A stretch of 64,000 nucleotides of DNA, from the NCBI GenBank assembly GCA_013265495.1, contig MU058687.1:2234001-2298000 (forward strand), given 5' to 3'. The notes under the pieces are model-generated. The model did no database searches, had not been told where the DNA came from, and was given only the letters and a program-made list of their open reading frames with translations. Positions 22,061-34,790 of this stretch are shown here, one piece after another (within the stretch, counting starts at the first letter, position 1; each line of letters begins with the position of its first letter). The position numbers and the translations under genes are program-made. The stretch is from Vicugna vicugna. Lineage: Eukaryota.

Positions 22061-24456
22061 TATTTTCCCTGAACACTGGAGAGCAGTCCTGTGTCAGCAA
22101 GACTTCCAGCTTCATCCTCCAATGGGCTATTGCAATTGGAAACCAGAGTTCAAGGCAGATCGGGAACCTCCCTCCCCCGGCCAGAAAGGAATCCGGGGCT
22201 TTAAACCGCGGTGGGAGAGCAGAGGGTGTGAGCCGGGCTTCTTCGGACAGCAGTGCCAAGTTGGGGAAGAAGGCCTGACTGTTTGCTGCCCTGGGGAAAC
22301 AGAATTTGGTCAATGCTCCTGGCCCCATTCACATTCCAGTGAGCAGTTGTGCTCCTGGGCCTCTGAGTCACCTGGGTACTGCCGCCACCCCGCATCCTCA
22401 GAGGGCAGCTCGGGCTCTCCACGCAGAGCCGGCCAGGCCGTCCTGGCTGTGAAGCCAACCGGACTGTTTTCGAGGCAGCGGGTGCCTGGTCTGGCCTCTC
22501 TACCAACAGGGTCGCTTGACCAATGAATTCAGCAGCCAAGTGGGCCTTGCCAGAGTTCCTACCAGAGGTGGTCTCTCATGGGCTGCCCCCAGTGCCGACG
22601 TCCTTGACACGTCTTGCGTGTCTGTGTAGAGAGACTCTATGCTGCAAGGCAATGAGCCCACCTCCTTTTCTTCCCCCACTGATCAGGGGATCAGAATTTG
22701 AATGCAGTGCCTCCCAAACTTATGAAGCACCCTGTGTTCCTCTCCCTGCCTCCTCTCCGCTCTCCCTTCCAGAACCTTGGAGGTGCCACTAGTAAACATT
22801 GGAATTGTCACAGCCTCCCTTTTGCCTCCTTACTCTTCCACTTTGGATGCCCTGGTGCCTGGCGCTGTGCCTGGCACGTAGTATTGTTCAATAAATGCAT
22901 GCAAAGTGAATTGCATGGAGTCTCTCCACTCAAGGGGGCACTTCCAACCCCTTAATCATGGCAGGGAGTGATTTGAAGTTATGAATGTCTAGCTGCCTTA
23001 ACTACATCAGCTCATGACCCATTGACCATGGTCTTTGCCCCCACCCTTCATCCCTCTCTGTCTCTCCTGTCTTCATGTTCCTCCATCCAAGGGGAAAAAA
23101 GGGGGGGAAAAATGAGGTCTGTCCTTTATTCACATGTGGAAAAACCTTCCCAGGAATTTCACTATGTTCAGTAGAGAAGCTTTGTCTAAGCTGATGTCAA
23201 ATTTAATTGCTAGACTGGTGTCTCTCCTGTGACTGTGTCCCTCATCTGTCAGGCCCTCTCCTCTCCCCTTTCCAGGCTGTACCTTCTTCCTCTGGCTGTT
23301 CGTACTCTGTGGGGCCCTCGTCCTCCTCCTTTGCTTTAAACACGCTGGTCCCGGGTGGTGCACATGAGAGGGAGACCTTCCTTCTGAAGTGTTTCAGAGT
23401 GTCTGCTTCCATTAGCACAGACAAGGCTTTTGAAAGTTGGCAAGTTAGAGGCATCATCTTAGGCACTGGATTCTGCCCAGGACAATATTTCTACTCTCTT
23501 TGGAAAATGGGCTAAAAGCTCAGGCTGCTGAGGGTTAAATGATAGCAATGAAAAGTCCAGGCATCTCCTGGGGACTGGTCTCTGGCTGAGACAATTGATT
23601 AGCTTGGCTTAGTGATCTTTCTAGCAATATTCAGGAGTGAAATTATTGCTGATTAGGCTGCGTGTGTATGTGTGTGTGTTAGGGTTCATGGCAACGAGGA
23701 GGGAAAGATCAGATCTGAGAAAGCAGTGTGATGGATTCTTTACTCCTAAGTCAGTCTCAGGAAGGAGCCTGTCACCCGCCGTATGTCTGTGGTTACGTCA
23801 GAACCCTGTGCGCGCAGGTCAGCTGGAGGGGCAGGCTGAAGTGAGCATGGAATCTCTGCCTACTTTTTCTTTTCTATTCTCTGTGAAGCTGGAATTCTTC
23901 TGAAATAAAGAGTTAAAAACCAAAGTCAACTGGAGGGAGGCCAGTGTTGAGGGCCGCCTCTATCTGCGGTTCTGGTGGCCGGAGGGGCAGCTGGGTACCC
24001 TGGGCGGAGGCAGGTGCCAGGTGAGTTCAGTCCAGTTCACCACCAGTTCATCAGGGGTAGTTAAGGCACACAGGCTCTCAGGGCCTCTGCTCCCTGCGTC
24101 ATCACTTAGGGGACTGGAGTCGATCTCTTAGGCCCTCCAGCTCTGAAAGTTTACGTCTGAGAACGTTTTTTCATGATGGACCTGATACATGGTACTCTTA
24201 ACATAACCAGTAACCACAGCTCAGCCTGCCTATGTCCCTTGAATGCAAGGCCTTGGGCCCAGACTTGGCTTTGGTCATGGTGGGGGTGAGGGGCAGCGGG
24301 CAGGGGTGGAATCTGCACCTTTACCGACTCAGTCCATCCCTGTTGTCTCTCATTTTCCTCAGCTGCTTCTCTCTCCTCACCTTCCCTGCTCTAGAAGTAC
24401 ACCTGGGTGGTGCAGGGGGAAACTGGTCAGGGCTTTTTGTTCAAAAACAAACATAT

Positions 24457-24585
24457 GGCGGGGAGGGTATAGCGCAGTGGTAGGGCACACACCTAGCATG
24501 CACAAGGTCCTGGGCTCAATCCCCAGGACCTCAATTTAAAACATAAACAAATAAATAAAACTAGAAAATTAGGAAAAAAATAAAC
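24457..24585 (+). mobile_element. Camelid tRNA-derived SINE (Vic-1-like)
   Basis: GGGAGGGTATAGCGCAGTGGTAGGGCAC...GCATGCACAAGGTCCTGGGCTCAATCCCCAG followed by an A-rich tail. Confidence 0.9.
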
Positions 24586-25024
24586 TGCGTTTTTCATTTC
24601 GTTTTTAGTTTGTTGAGACCATGGTTTTATACCTCTGTGGTCCTCATTCTCCTCCCTTACAGTCCTCCGCCCCAGAAATGGCATCTGGGCCTCTAGGCAT
24701 CCGGAGAAGCCCCGGGGGTGGGGCATCTGCTCCTCGTGGTTTCCTTGAATCCTTTGGCAGGAGCACATTTGGGATCTGGGAAGACTGTTGCCAAACAGGT
24801 TGCCCTCAGCAAGTTCTTAGCCTCTGCCTGCCTTCATTTCTTCACCAGCAGAAGGGGGCTGAAACCTGTTCTGAGTGCCTCACAAGATTGGTGTGAAGCT
24901 AAAATAAGACTCAGAGGATAAACATTCCTTTAGAAAGGGAAGTGCCTACCTGTTCTAGACTGATGTATTTGGTGACCTTCATGAAGTGGTTTGGGTGGTG
25001 TCTAAATGACCCAGGTCCACCTTG

Positions 25025-25180
25025 TACTGGCTGTGACCTTGGGCGAGTTTCCCCCCCTCCCACTCCACACTGGGTTTCCTCATCTGTATAATGGGCATGG
25101 TAAGGGCACCTCCCTTGTGGACTAGTTGTGAAGATGAAAGGAGAGCCACGGAAAGGCCCTTGAACAGTGCTTGCTAGATA
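25025..25180 (+). mobile_element. MIR SINE
   Basis: ctgtgaccttgggcgagtt...gtttcctcatctgtataatggg. Confidence 0.75.
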
Positions 25181-27924
25181 AATTTGGAAAGCCTCTAGGG
25201 CCCCATGCCAAAAAGGTCAAGAGGGAGGACATTTTCAAAGTCCCTACATTCCTCCCAAAGTCCCCATGGGCAGCTTAGAAATGCAGCAGAAGGTGCTACT
25301 CTAGAGGCGGTTTAAACACATACCTGGTCCCCCACAATTCCCTGCACTTCCACGTCCCGTAACCAAGTGAGCGCTCTCCCAGTGCCTTCATGGGGTTTGG
25401 GGTGATCTGGCCAAGTTGTCTCCCTCGGGGAGATCTGTTCTCCAGCACCTAGCACAGATGGCTGCTGATGTGCAGGTGTGAGGCTGGAAATGGTTTTGAT
25501 GGGTTGTCTTGTGTGTCCATCAGTGTGGTGGAGTCACTGGAGTGTGTTCTCTGCAGAGGGCCAATTCCTCCTCGTACAAAGTAACTGAGCGGGGACTGCT
25601 TGTCTTCCGCATATCTGTTGGTGCATATTTAAGGAGTGCTTAGCAAAGAAAGAAGAATGGGAGTAGGTAAGAGCAATTTCTAATGTCTCCAAGGGGGCCC
25701 GATTTATATATTTCAAGGGACTTGTAGAACCTACATCACGTTCTTAGGGGAAAATTCCAAATCCAAACTCATAACCAGCCTGTGCGTTTGTGAGCATGTA
25801 TGCACATTAAGGATATTGTGGTCAACCACCCATGACTCTCTTCTTTCCCCGTCTCAGGCTGAGAGCAATCTTGAAGGAACATGTAATTACTATTTACTCT
25901 AGGGCACTCAATTGAGAACACCCTCATGTAATGACTCGAATGTAATTCTGCCTTCAGATGCCCATCTGCTGTTGCTCCTTTGGAAACGAGTGGGAACCCA
26001 GCACCACATTACGCCCAGAGGAAAAGACCATGGGGTGGATATTAGTCCCTGCAAGTTCAGGCTTTACTCTTGGGCAACAGAAGTAGGGTGGTGGCATCTA
26101 TCTCATGCAGAATCTTCACCCGGATCTCTGCCCTCTGTGATAGACGCTTTGAAGCAGAACCAACCATTAATCTAATGAGCAGTCTTGGTGGATTTGAAGA
26201 GTCAGCGGCATTGATAAACGAAAAGCAGTCAGGAAAATTCTAGAGACAGGATCATAGTGTTTAGAGAAGGTTTTAAAACATGCAAAGATGCCACGTGTCA
26301 CCATTTATTTTGAGGGATGAATTTGCCTGATAATTGGAGGTGGGGGATAGGGCCAGAGGGAAGGCAAGTGGATGCATCATAATGAAACCTGTGGAATCTA
26401 TTTGCTAAAAATATCTGATACATTACCTTGAAATGTGACACTTTACTGATGTAGCCGGACACTGCTATGGAGGCTACCAAACTGTTTACGGAAATAAAAC
26501 TGATTTTTATGGCAGTATGTTGAGCAAGCTTTTAAATTCATTTTCAAACGCCCCCGTTCTCCTCCCAGCTCTGCCTCTGCCTGATGACTTTGTACAAGCC
26601 ACCTAATTTCTCTCTGCCTCTGTTTCTTTACCTGTAAAAGGAATGGGTGGACTAGATAACGTCCAAGCGCTCTTCTAGGTCCAGCTCTGAACTGTCCCTG
26701 TGCCCCACCCCGGCAGTGAGCATCTTGGGTCACAACTGTTTGTGTCATGGTTTTCCCTCCAGAATCAAGGCTCCATGGGCAGGGATTGGGGGTCCCATTA
26801 CCTAGCACAAAGCCTGGGCGTGACAGTAACCCAACTGGCCTTTGAAGGTACTAGTGAAAGAAATGACACAAGTAAGCTCCAAGCCCCCAACCCAGTATCA
26901 ACTTGGCTTTTTCCAGAAATGCCACAGACCAGGCTGACGGTGGTTAATGGCTTGAATTTCCAGCCTCTGTGTCCTCCTTCGTTGGTCAGGGGTGGTGGTT
27001 CATGCCTTCATAGTGTAAACTGGAAAATCCGTTAGCAAAATATAAATTGAGCTGCCTGAAACCAACCCACTGAAAACACTTTTAGGAATGATACATTTTC
27101 CCAGCTGCCGTGCCTGTGTCTTTGTAGGACCATTCTACTGTCTCTTGCTGGTCTTTTCTTCCCTCTCTCCATCATACTCTGTTAATTTTAAAATATTACA
27201 TTTGGAGACTTGCTAAATAAAGAGACCACAGAGCACAAAGTTTGCCTTCCCCATTTTCAGAGTCCCTATGTGCTTCCTGATAGAGTTTTTTTTTCTTATT
27301 TTTTACTAAATGGCCTTGATTTTATCATTAATCTCGGTGTGACAGTTCTTTCACTTGAACTGATTTCTAAAATATTCTCCCGTAAGTCCCGAACTCTGCT
27401 TCTATTGATCCCTTGTGCCCCTTTCACTTCAGTCTGTGCCATTTCACAAAACTGATAAAGGGATCCCTTCACATGTTGGACCCTTGATCTCGGGCCTTTC
27501 CTGGTCCTCCACCAAAATCTCCCGGAAGGACGGTCCTGACAACTGCACTCTCACGGTTCAAGGGGTCTTGGGTCGTTGTCATTTCCATACTGAGCCTGGG
27601 GACATGCTTTGTTCTCTAGCCCCCTAAAACCTCATATTTTCTTTAACCAGCAGTTTTCACATTGCAGAGGAACCACGTTACGAATTTAAAGCCTTAGAAA
27701 ATCCTTCAGCATTACTCTTTTTGCACAGTATTGTGAAGGATTTATTTATTTTTTTCCTGACAGTAAATCTCACTGCATGTTAACAGTACCATTATCTGGT
27801 ACCTAAGCATGACGTTTCCTTGAGACACTTCTTTGCAGTTTCCTTACGTTGTTGTTTACTGCTTGCATCATTTCTTGGCTTCTTCTTGTGTCTCACCTCT
27901 TCTGAATATGGAAGAAGGAAAGAG

Positions 27925-28085
27925 GCATTTATCAAGGGCCTATTATAAGCTGGAAACTACATAGTTTCTCTTACTTGGTCCTTATAACGACTGAAAGATG
28001 TAAGTATTATTATTGTTCCCATTTTACAGATAGAGAAGACAGAGGCACTGAGGATCTTACTTCAGGTCACCCAGGAAGTAAGTTG
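27925..28085 (-). mobile_element. MIR SINE
   Basis: tattattgttcccattttacagatagagaagacagaggcac...aggtcacccag. Confidence 0.7.
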
Positions 28086-29864
28086 TACGACCTGCCATCA
28101 CCTCCACAATACATTACAAGGCTAAGTGCAAGCAGGCAACCCATGAAAACCACACCAATACCCTTTGGTATCATTTACATAAATATTGAACTTGGTCCAA
28201 CATTTTAAAAGTTTAGGCGTTTTTATTTATTTTCTTTGAAAAGTGTCAGAAGTCCCCCTTAACAGACCCATCAAGAGATCCTACAATTCTGGCTTTTCTT
28301 CCCCAAGTCCCTGCATCCTTGTAAATATTGCAACACAGATGCTTCCATCAAATGAGTCCCTGTTAATCACCCTTAGCTCTCCCTTGCCACTACTAACCGC
28401 CTTTCCCCTAAATCAATTTTTTAAATCTCTCCAGAGGAGCTGGTAATGGTAACACGTAGACCTCATCAGTGGCTACCATGGGTAGACTTTAAAAGCCCTG
28501 GTGATGCGTGGTCAATTCCTGTGTCTCCTGCTTTATTGTGACTGTTCCTTGCCGGCTCCCCTATCACCTTTCCCACTTCGGACATTGTATCCTTTCTTCA
28601 ATCAGCCCATAGACAGTGTTTTCATTCCCTTGATGTTTCCCTTTTCTTCTTTCCCCCCACCACGCTCTATCCACACGTCGTCTGTCTTGACTTTGTCTTC
28701 TGAGAGCTTTGTCTACTTCAGAAACGTGACACTGGTGCTGCACCCTTCTCCCACCACCAGTATCATCCTGACTTCTTGTGGGATGTTGTGTGTCCTTCCT
28801 TCTTGTGTGGGCTGCGCCAACCTTAATCCACCCCATGTTTTGTTTTGTTTTTTAAATTGAGGGAGTGAGATGGGGGAGGAGGGGTCACTCGCCAGTGCCA
28901 GTGCCACAGCCTCGGGTGGCTGGACTTCTCGCCCAGTCTCCTGCGACCTTTGACTCCTCTTGATCTGCCCACCTTGGCTCTTGGGATGCGAATCACATCC
29001 CAGAGCAGAGTTATAATATCTCCCCACCTGGATGGAGTCCAGCATGTGCTCACGGTTTGGGACAAAGTGTTTACCATCTCCCTGTCTGTGACCTTCCACG
29101 GGGAAAAGGTTCATCAGATTCCTGCCTTTCCTCTGGTCTCCCTTACTCTTAAGCGGCCCTCAGAGCCTGCAATCTGCCTCCTGAATACAGTGGATGGGGT
29201 GAGGCGGTGGGGGGGCCACTGGCCTGGGTTTTGCAGTGAAATGCTAGTGGATGTCTGACAGTCACGGATTCCCAGCGTCCCAAGCTCCCCCCTTTCCTAA
29301 GCCGCCGTGTCATGTTGAAAACCTCTGTGCGATCATTGAAGCTGCTGAGACAGTTCAGTGGAGGACTTTCCTGTCACTGAAGTACTCGCTTTCCTTGGGG
29401 ACTGTTTCCTGCTTTGTCTGAGGTTCTTAGGGTCTCTAATCCTCCAGCTCTCTTTTTGCAGGGAGAATATGAAAGTTCTGTGTGTGTTGCGGGTGGGGGC
29501 TGGGTAGTAGGGACTCCTTTGATGTGACTGTGGTTGCTCTTGGTGGAGGCCACATGGGACAAGGGATCAGGGTGAACTGCAGGATCTGCTGGTTTCCTGA
29601 GTCATGGCTGTGACCCCGGCTCTGGTTCTCCAGATAGGTGTGACCCAGAGACCAGCTGTGTTCTCTCCCACTGCGGGGCCTGCCCAGGGCAGAAGCCCGC
29701 GTTTGCCCCAGGTTGGGTGGGTCTGTTTGCTGCTTAGTCATTGCCTCTTCATCTGATAGGTGCGCAAGTGTCTCTGCTAGGTGTTCCAGCATTCCCTTGC
29801 TTCGTGTTCCATTGTCACCCGCCTGTTTGAGGAAGATCCCTGAGAGGTGGGGGAGGGCAGTGCG

Positions 29865-30260
29865 TCTGGTCAGTGTCCCTAGAAGCAGAACCAGAAATGG
29901 AAACTCTGGGCAAGAGATGTATTGAGGGAGGGCTGTCTGGAGAAAGCTGTAGGGGAGTGAGGAAGGGGAGAGAGGGCAGGGAGAAAATTTAAAATAAGTA
30001 AGGATGTGGATTCAGCTGTCTGGCATCAGCCTGATCCCAGGGGGAGCTCTGGAGCATAAATGGCACCACACACAGAGCTGTCCCACTTTGGGGCAAGCAT
30101 ACTGGCCGTTGTACCCTCCTCCCAATCTGTCAGTGGTTGGAAACTGCCCCCAGGGGAGGAACTAACCTCCCAGACCCTTCTGGACCAAGAGGGTTCCCAC
30201 CCATCAAAGGCAATTCTCAGGAGAGGGCCTCAGCCCTAAGCAGCTAAGGATGGGTGCACT
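29865..30260 (-). mobile_element. LTR16-like ERVL LTR
   Basis: ccctagaagcagaacc, cagcctgatcccagggggagctctggagcataaatggcaccac, gtcagtggttgg...ctgccccc. Confidence 0.75.
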
Positions 30261-30664
30261 GGGGGCCGGGGGATCTGAGCAAAGCACCAGCAGCATCTCC
30301 CCCAGAGAGATTACCTGAGGCAGGTCCTGGTGAGGGCCTCTGTCTCTCCACCTCCATGTCATCATTCTCCAGGACGAGCCTGGGGAAGAGCCGGCATAAA
30401 GCACCTGGGTGTTGGAGACAGCAGGTTACAGAGACAGGACTTGCAGACGCCAATGCCCAGAGTTGTGTTACACCTCGCTCTCTACTGGTTTTGCTCACCA
30501 AAGGCAGAGGAAGAGAGCATCACTCACCACCTTATGCTTTCACTCTGTGGGAGCTGGAAACAGAGTGAGAAACAGCCTCCTCCTCTTCTCCAGAGGATGG
30601 CTTCCGTGTGGGTCCCTTTGACGGCATTAAGTCTCCAGCTGGGGACTGGCAGATGCAAACCACT

Positions 30665-30878
30665 ATGCACAGAATAGATTAAAAACAAAAAAACAAGCTC
30701 CTACTGTGTAGCACAGAGAACTGTATTCAATGGCTTGTAGTAACCTGTAATAAAAAAATATGAAAAAGAATAGAGACATATGTATATGTACAACTGAATC
30801 ACTATGCTGCACACCAGAAACTAATACAACATTGTAAATCAACTGTACTTCAAGAAGAAAAATGTTTAAAAAAAAAGT
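30665..30878 (+). mobile_element. Artiodactyl-type L1 3' end
   Basis: ctactgtgtagcacagagaactgtattcaat...aactgaatcactatgctgcacaccagaaactaatacaacattgtaaatcaact plus A tail. Confidence 0.85.
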
Positions 30879-31959
30879 TTCCATACAGGAGAAAATTTTG
30901 GCTACTGTCCCTTGATTTCCCTTCAGCCAAAGGCCAGAACAGGCTATGTGGCATTACCTGTCACCCAGCAGTGTTTATTATAAATGGCCATGTGCCTCTG
31001 TGTGGAGAAAATACAGGTAGATTAGTTCTTGGATTTTGTTTGTTTGTTTGTTTGTTTGGAATTAGTTGGAGAGGGTAGCGAGGAGAGAGGGGTCACTTGC
31101 ATACTCGTGCTGGGCTGTAGCTGGTCTGGCTGCCTCAGGGGAAAGACCAGGGAACGTGTGTAAGGACAGCGAGTACCTGGGGGAGGGAGCCATGTGCGCT
31201 GAGGACCACGCATAGCCAGGTTCTTCGTGTGTTATTGCATCTGATGGCCACAGCAAGCCCCGAAGGACCTGGTGTCTCCCATTTACAGCCGGAGGAACAG
31301 AGGCTCCCACATTAGAGAGCATTGAAGACTTGTAAATGGTAAAGATGAGTTTCAAATCAAACCTGATTCCCTCTTCAGTCCATGTTAGCTCATCACTAAA
31401 CCAGTAGGGCTTGGGTACTTGATTCTGGGAACACTGGGGTCAGGTCCCTGAGAGTATGCTGGCCCACCGAGTCCAGGTCACCCAGTTCATCCCCGTCCCC
31501 GACTGTTTGGTGCTTCTCCCTGCGTGAGCTGCTCTGCCCTACTCTACCTCCATCCTCTCACTGCCCCTCCTCCCGCCCATCATGACGTCCATCGTGCTCC
31601 CTTCCCCCAACCCTATGCCAAACCACATCTTCTCTGTGATATTTTAAGGTGTCTCCTCTCTGGAGCTGCCCTAGTGATATGAAGCCCAACCACAAAGCAC
31701 CCCTATCTTGCAAGTCCAGCATCCATCGCTGATTCCCACAAGGTATCCACGCACCCAGAGCCCACAGGTCTTCATGGCCATACTTACAGATTCAGTATGT
31801 GTGCCAGCTTCTCACCCCTTCCTCCTGTACCCACTCAGAACGCCACCCACAAGTCTGTTGTCAACACCACTCTGCGCTCTGTGCTGTCAAAACGAAAAGG
31901 GAACTTCAAGACACAGGGATGTCCCCACGCTGAAGGAGCCCACACACGCACACGGGAAT

Positions 31960-32150
31960 CCAGTGGCTCGGCGCCAGCTTTAGTCTAGGGCAAACCTGGG
32001 TTCCGATCCTGCCTCTGCCACTTCTTCCATTTACGGTCTCAGGCAAGTGAATGTGCCTCTTGGCGCTCAGTTTTCTCGCTTGTGCCAAGGGGATGATCAG
32101 ACCCAGTCTCGTGGGGTTGTCGTGAGGCCTGAGAAGAGGCAGGAGGAAGC
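31960..32150 (+). mobile_element. MIR SINE (diverged)
   Basis: acctgggttccgatcctgcctctgccactt...caggcaagtga...gtggggttgtcgtgagg. Confidence 0.7.
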
Positions 32151-32864
32151 GTGAGCTCGGGGCTGGGTCAGGCGCTCTGCCCTCCTTGTGGCTGGGGGGC
32201 TAAAGTTCACGGACAGTGAGTACCGTGGGGTTTTCATGGACACAACCCTGCCAGGGTAGGGGGGCATTCTGATGGTAATGAAATTTGTCAAATCTAACAG
32301 GGAACAAGGCTTTCTTTGAAATGAAGTTTTCTTTGGAAGACATTTCCACACGATTCCTCACTCCTCCTTGACCTTCAGGACCCCAGGACACCTTGGAAAG
32401 GCCACACAATTTTCTTTTCTCACTGTGCCATGCACAGAGTCGGTGGGGGTGGGGGAAAGCGCCTTCCTGCCAGCAGCTTTTTTCAGCGCTTGGCGCATTG
32501 GCTTCCCTGGGTGGAGGGAGGGCTCTGGCGTGCACAGAGCCACCATCTGCTGGAGCCCAGCACCAGCATGGTCTCCAAGACCCCAGCCCCAGCTTTTGGC
32601 AGATGCCCTGGCTGGGGGAGCCCAGGCCTGGGCTGAGTGACCTCACAGCTGTGCCTTCAGCCCCTGGGGGGCTTGTGTTTCTGTGTCTCTCAGGGGCCCA
32701 TCCTGGCTGCCGGGCAGGGGGCCCACTGTCCTTCAATACCAGAGGCTCACGCTGCCCGGTATGTGCCAGCAGTTGGCAAAGGATCTTCAGCCAAGAGGCC
32801 CTGGGTCTCTTGTATCCATGGCTACCTGCATGCCTCTTCTCAGGCCTCACGACAATCCCACAAG
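32108..32864. repeat. 34-bp inverted repeat pair (32108-32141 and 32831-32864), 32/34 identical
   Basis: ctcgtggggttgtcgtgaggcctgagaagaggca versus reverse complement cttgtgggattgtcgtgaggcctgagaagaggca. Confidence 0.9.
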
Positions 32865-33119
32865 GGGTGTGAACCCCAAGTTGGGGTGGGACTTTGCTGG
32901 CTTTTCCATTTCTCTCTGACAGGTCTGGAAACTCCTTAAAAGATATCCATTCTCACATGAGTTGAAGGGGAAAATCATACAGGTGGCTCTGAAAACAGAG
33001 GTACTTGTTCAATTGTACTGAAAGGATATGACACTAACATAGATATGTTTTTTTCTAAGCTGACTCCATGGAAAAGTATATGGTTTGTGGTGATGGGGGA
33101 GGGAGGGAGGAGGAACACA

Positions 33120-33300
33120 CAGCGTGCTTGGTGCTCAGCTCCCATTGTTTCTTCTCATACTCAGCAACCCTAGGCAGCTGGTACTGTAATTGCCCCCATT
33201 CTGCAGATGAGAAAGATGAGGCCCCAGAGGAATTAAACCATTTATCCCAGATCACACAGGGTCTGGAGGGCAGCATGGGCATTTGAGGCTGGTGTCTGTT
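33120..33300 (-). mobile_element. MIR SINE
   Basis: ccccattctgcagatgagaaagatgaggcccagag...cccagatcacacag. Confidence 0.7.
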
Positions 33301-33457
33301 TAACAGGTGTGGTTTTGGTTTTTTTTGCATACTTTTATATACATTTTAATTTTAAACCACAAGTATATATTATATATTCAAAAACGTAAACATTTAAAAC
33401 CATTAAGTGGTTGAGAGTTTATGTTGCAGGCTTCCTTGCTTTGTTTTGTTTGTTGGC

Positions 33458-34790
33458 ATTTTTAAATTGCAAAATACACATAACATAAAGTTTACCATCT
33501 TAACCATTTTTAAGTGATATTAAGTTCATTCATGTTATTGTGCAACTGTTGTCACCATCCATCTCCAGAACTCTTCTCATCTTGCAACACCGAAACTCTG
33601 TAGTCATTGAACAATGAATCCCCATCTCCCCTGCCCCCTCAGTGCCTGGCAATCTCAGTTCTATTTTCTGTCTCCATGACTTTGACTGCTTTTCTTACCT
33701 CATGTAAGCAGAATCATACAGTATTTGTCTTTTTGTGATTGGCTTATAATGTCCTCAAGATTCCATGTGGTAGGATGTATCAGCATTTCCTTCTTTTTAA
33801 GGCTGAATAGTATTCCATTGTATGTATACACCACTGTTTGTTTATTCATCTGCCATTGGACACTGAAGTTGCTTCTACAGTTCAGCTATTGTAAATAATG
33901 TGGCTATGAACAAGGGTGTAGAAATAAGTCTTCGAGGCCCTGCTTTCAATTCTTCTGGATGTATACCCAGAAGTTGAATTTCTGGATCATAGGGCAACTC
34001 TGTTATTAATGTGTTGAGAAACTGCCATACTGTTGTGCACAGTGGCTGTATTATATTACATTCTCACCAGCAGTGCACCAGGTTCTAATTTCTCCAAATC
34101 TCACCAACACTTAGTTTTTGCTGGTTTTCTGTGTTTTATTTATTTATTTATTTTACAGTAGCCATCCTAATGGATGTGAGGAGGTATCTCATTGTGGTTT
34201 TGACTTGCATTTCCCTAATGATTGGTGATACTGAGCATCTTCTCACATGCTTTATTGGCCATTTGTGTATCTTCTTTGGAGAGATATCTGTTCAAGTTCT
34301 TTGCCCCTTTTTTAATTCGGTTGTTTGAGGCTTTCTGTTGTTGAGTTCTAGGAGTTTTCTGTATATTCTGGATATTAATCCTTTATTAGATACATGATTT
34401 GTAAACACTTTCTCCGATTCTGTAGTTACCTTTTCACTGTTGATGGTGTCCTTTGCTGCATGGAGGTTCTTAATTTTTATGAATTGCAGCATGTGTCTTT
34501 TCTCACCTATTGTCTGTGCCTTTGGTGTCCTATTCAAGAAATGATTGCCAAATCTAGTGTCATGAGACTTTGCCTTGTTTTTTTCTAAGAGTTTTATAGT
34601 TTTAGGTCTTACATTTAGGTCTTTGAGTAAATTTTTGTGTATGTTGCTAGGGAAGGGTCTGACTTCATTCGCCATGTGGGCATCTGGTTTTCCCAACACC
34701 ATTCGTCGAAAAGACTGTTTCCCTATTGAATGGTCTTGACACCCTGTTCGAAAAACCTTTCACCCTATTTGCAAGGATTTATTTCTGGTA
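33458..34790 (-). mobile_element. L1MA/L1MB 3' portion (ORF2 end plus 3' UTR), about 1.3 kb
   Basis: aaatacacataacataaagtttaccatcttaaccatttttaagtg, aaggctgaatagtattccattgtatgtatacca. ORF 34292-34702 includes KDLNVRPKTIKLLE, an L1 ORF2 motif. Confidence 0.9.

Noticed and set aside
24457..24535. tRNA gene (A and B boxes present)
   Set aside because: It is a SINE head: followed by an A-rich tail, with related decayed copies elsewhere in the window.
23250..25890. + strand acceptor-like tracts (ccctttccag near 23276; ccccgtctcag near 25857) as internal exons
   Set aside because: No convincing paired strong donor or meaningful reading frame; such tracts are common in introns.
32200..32850. 216-aa minus-strand ORF
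   Set aside because: GC-rich region with several overlapping open frames on both strands and no domain or exon structure.
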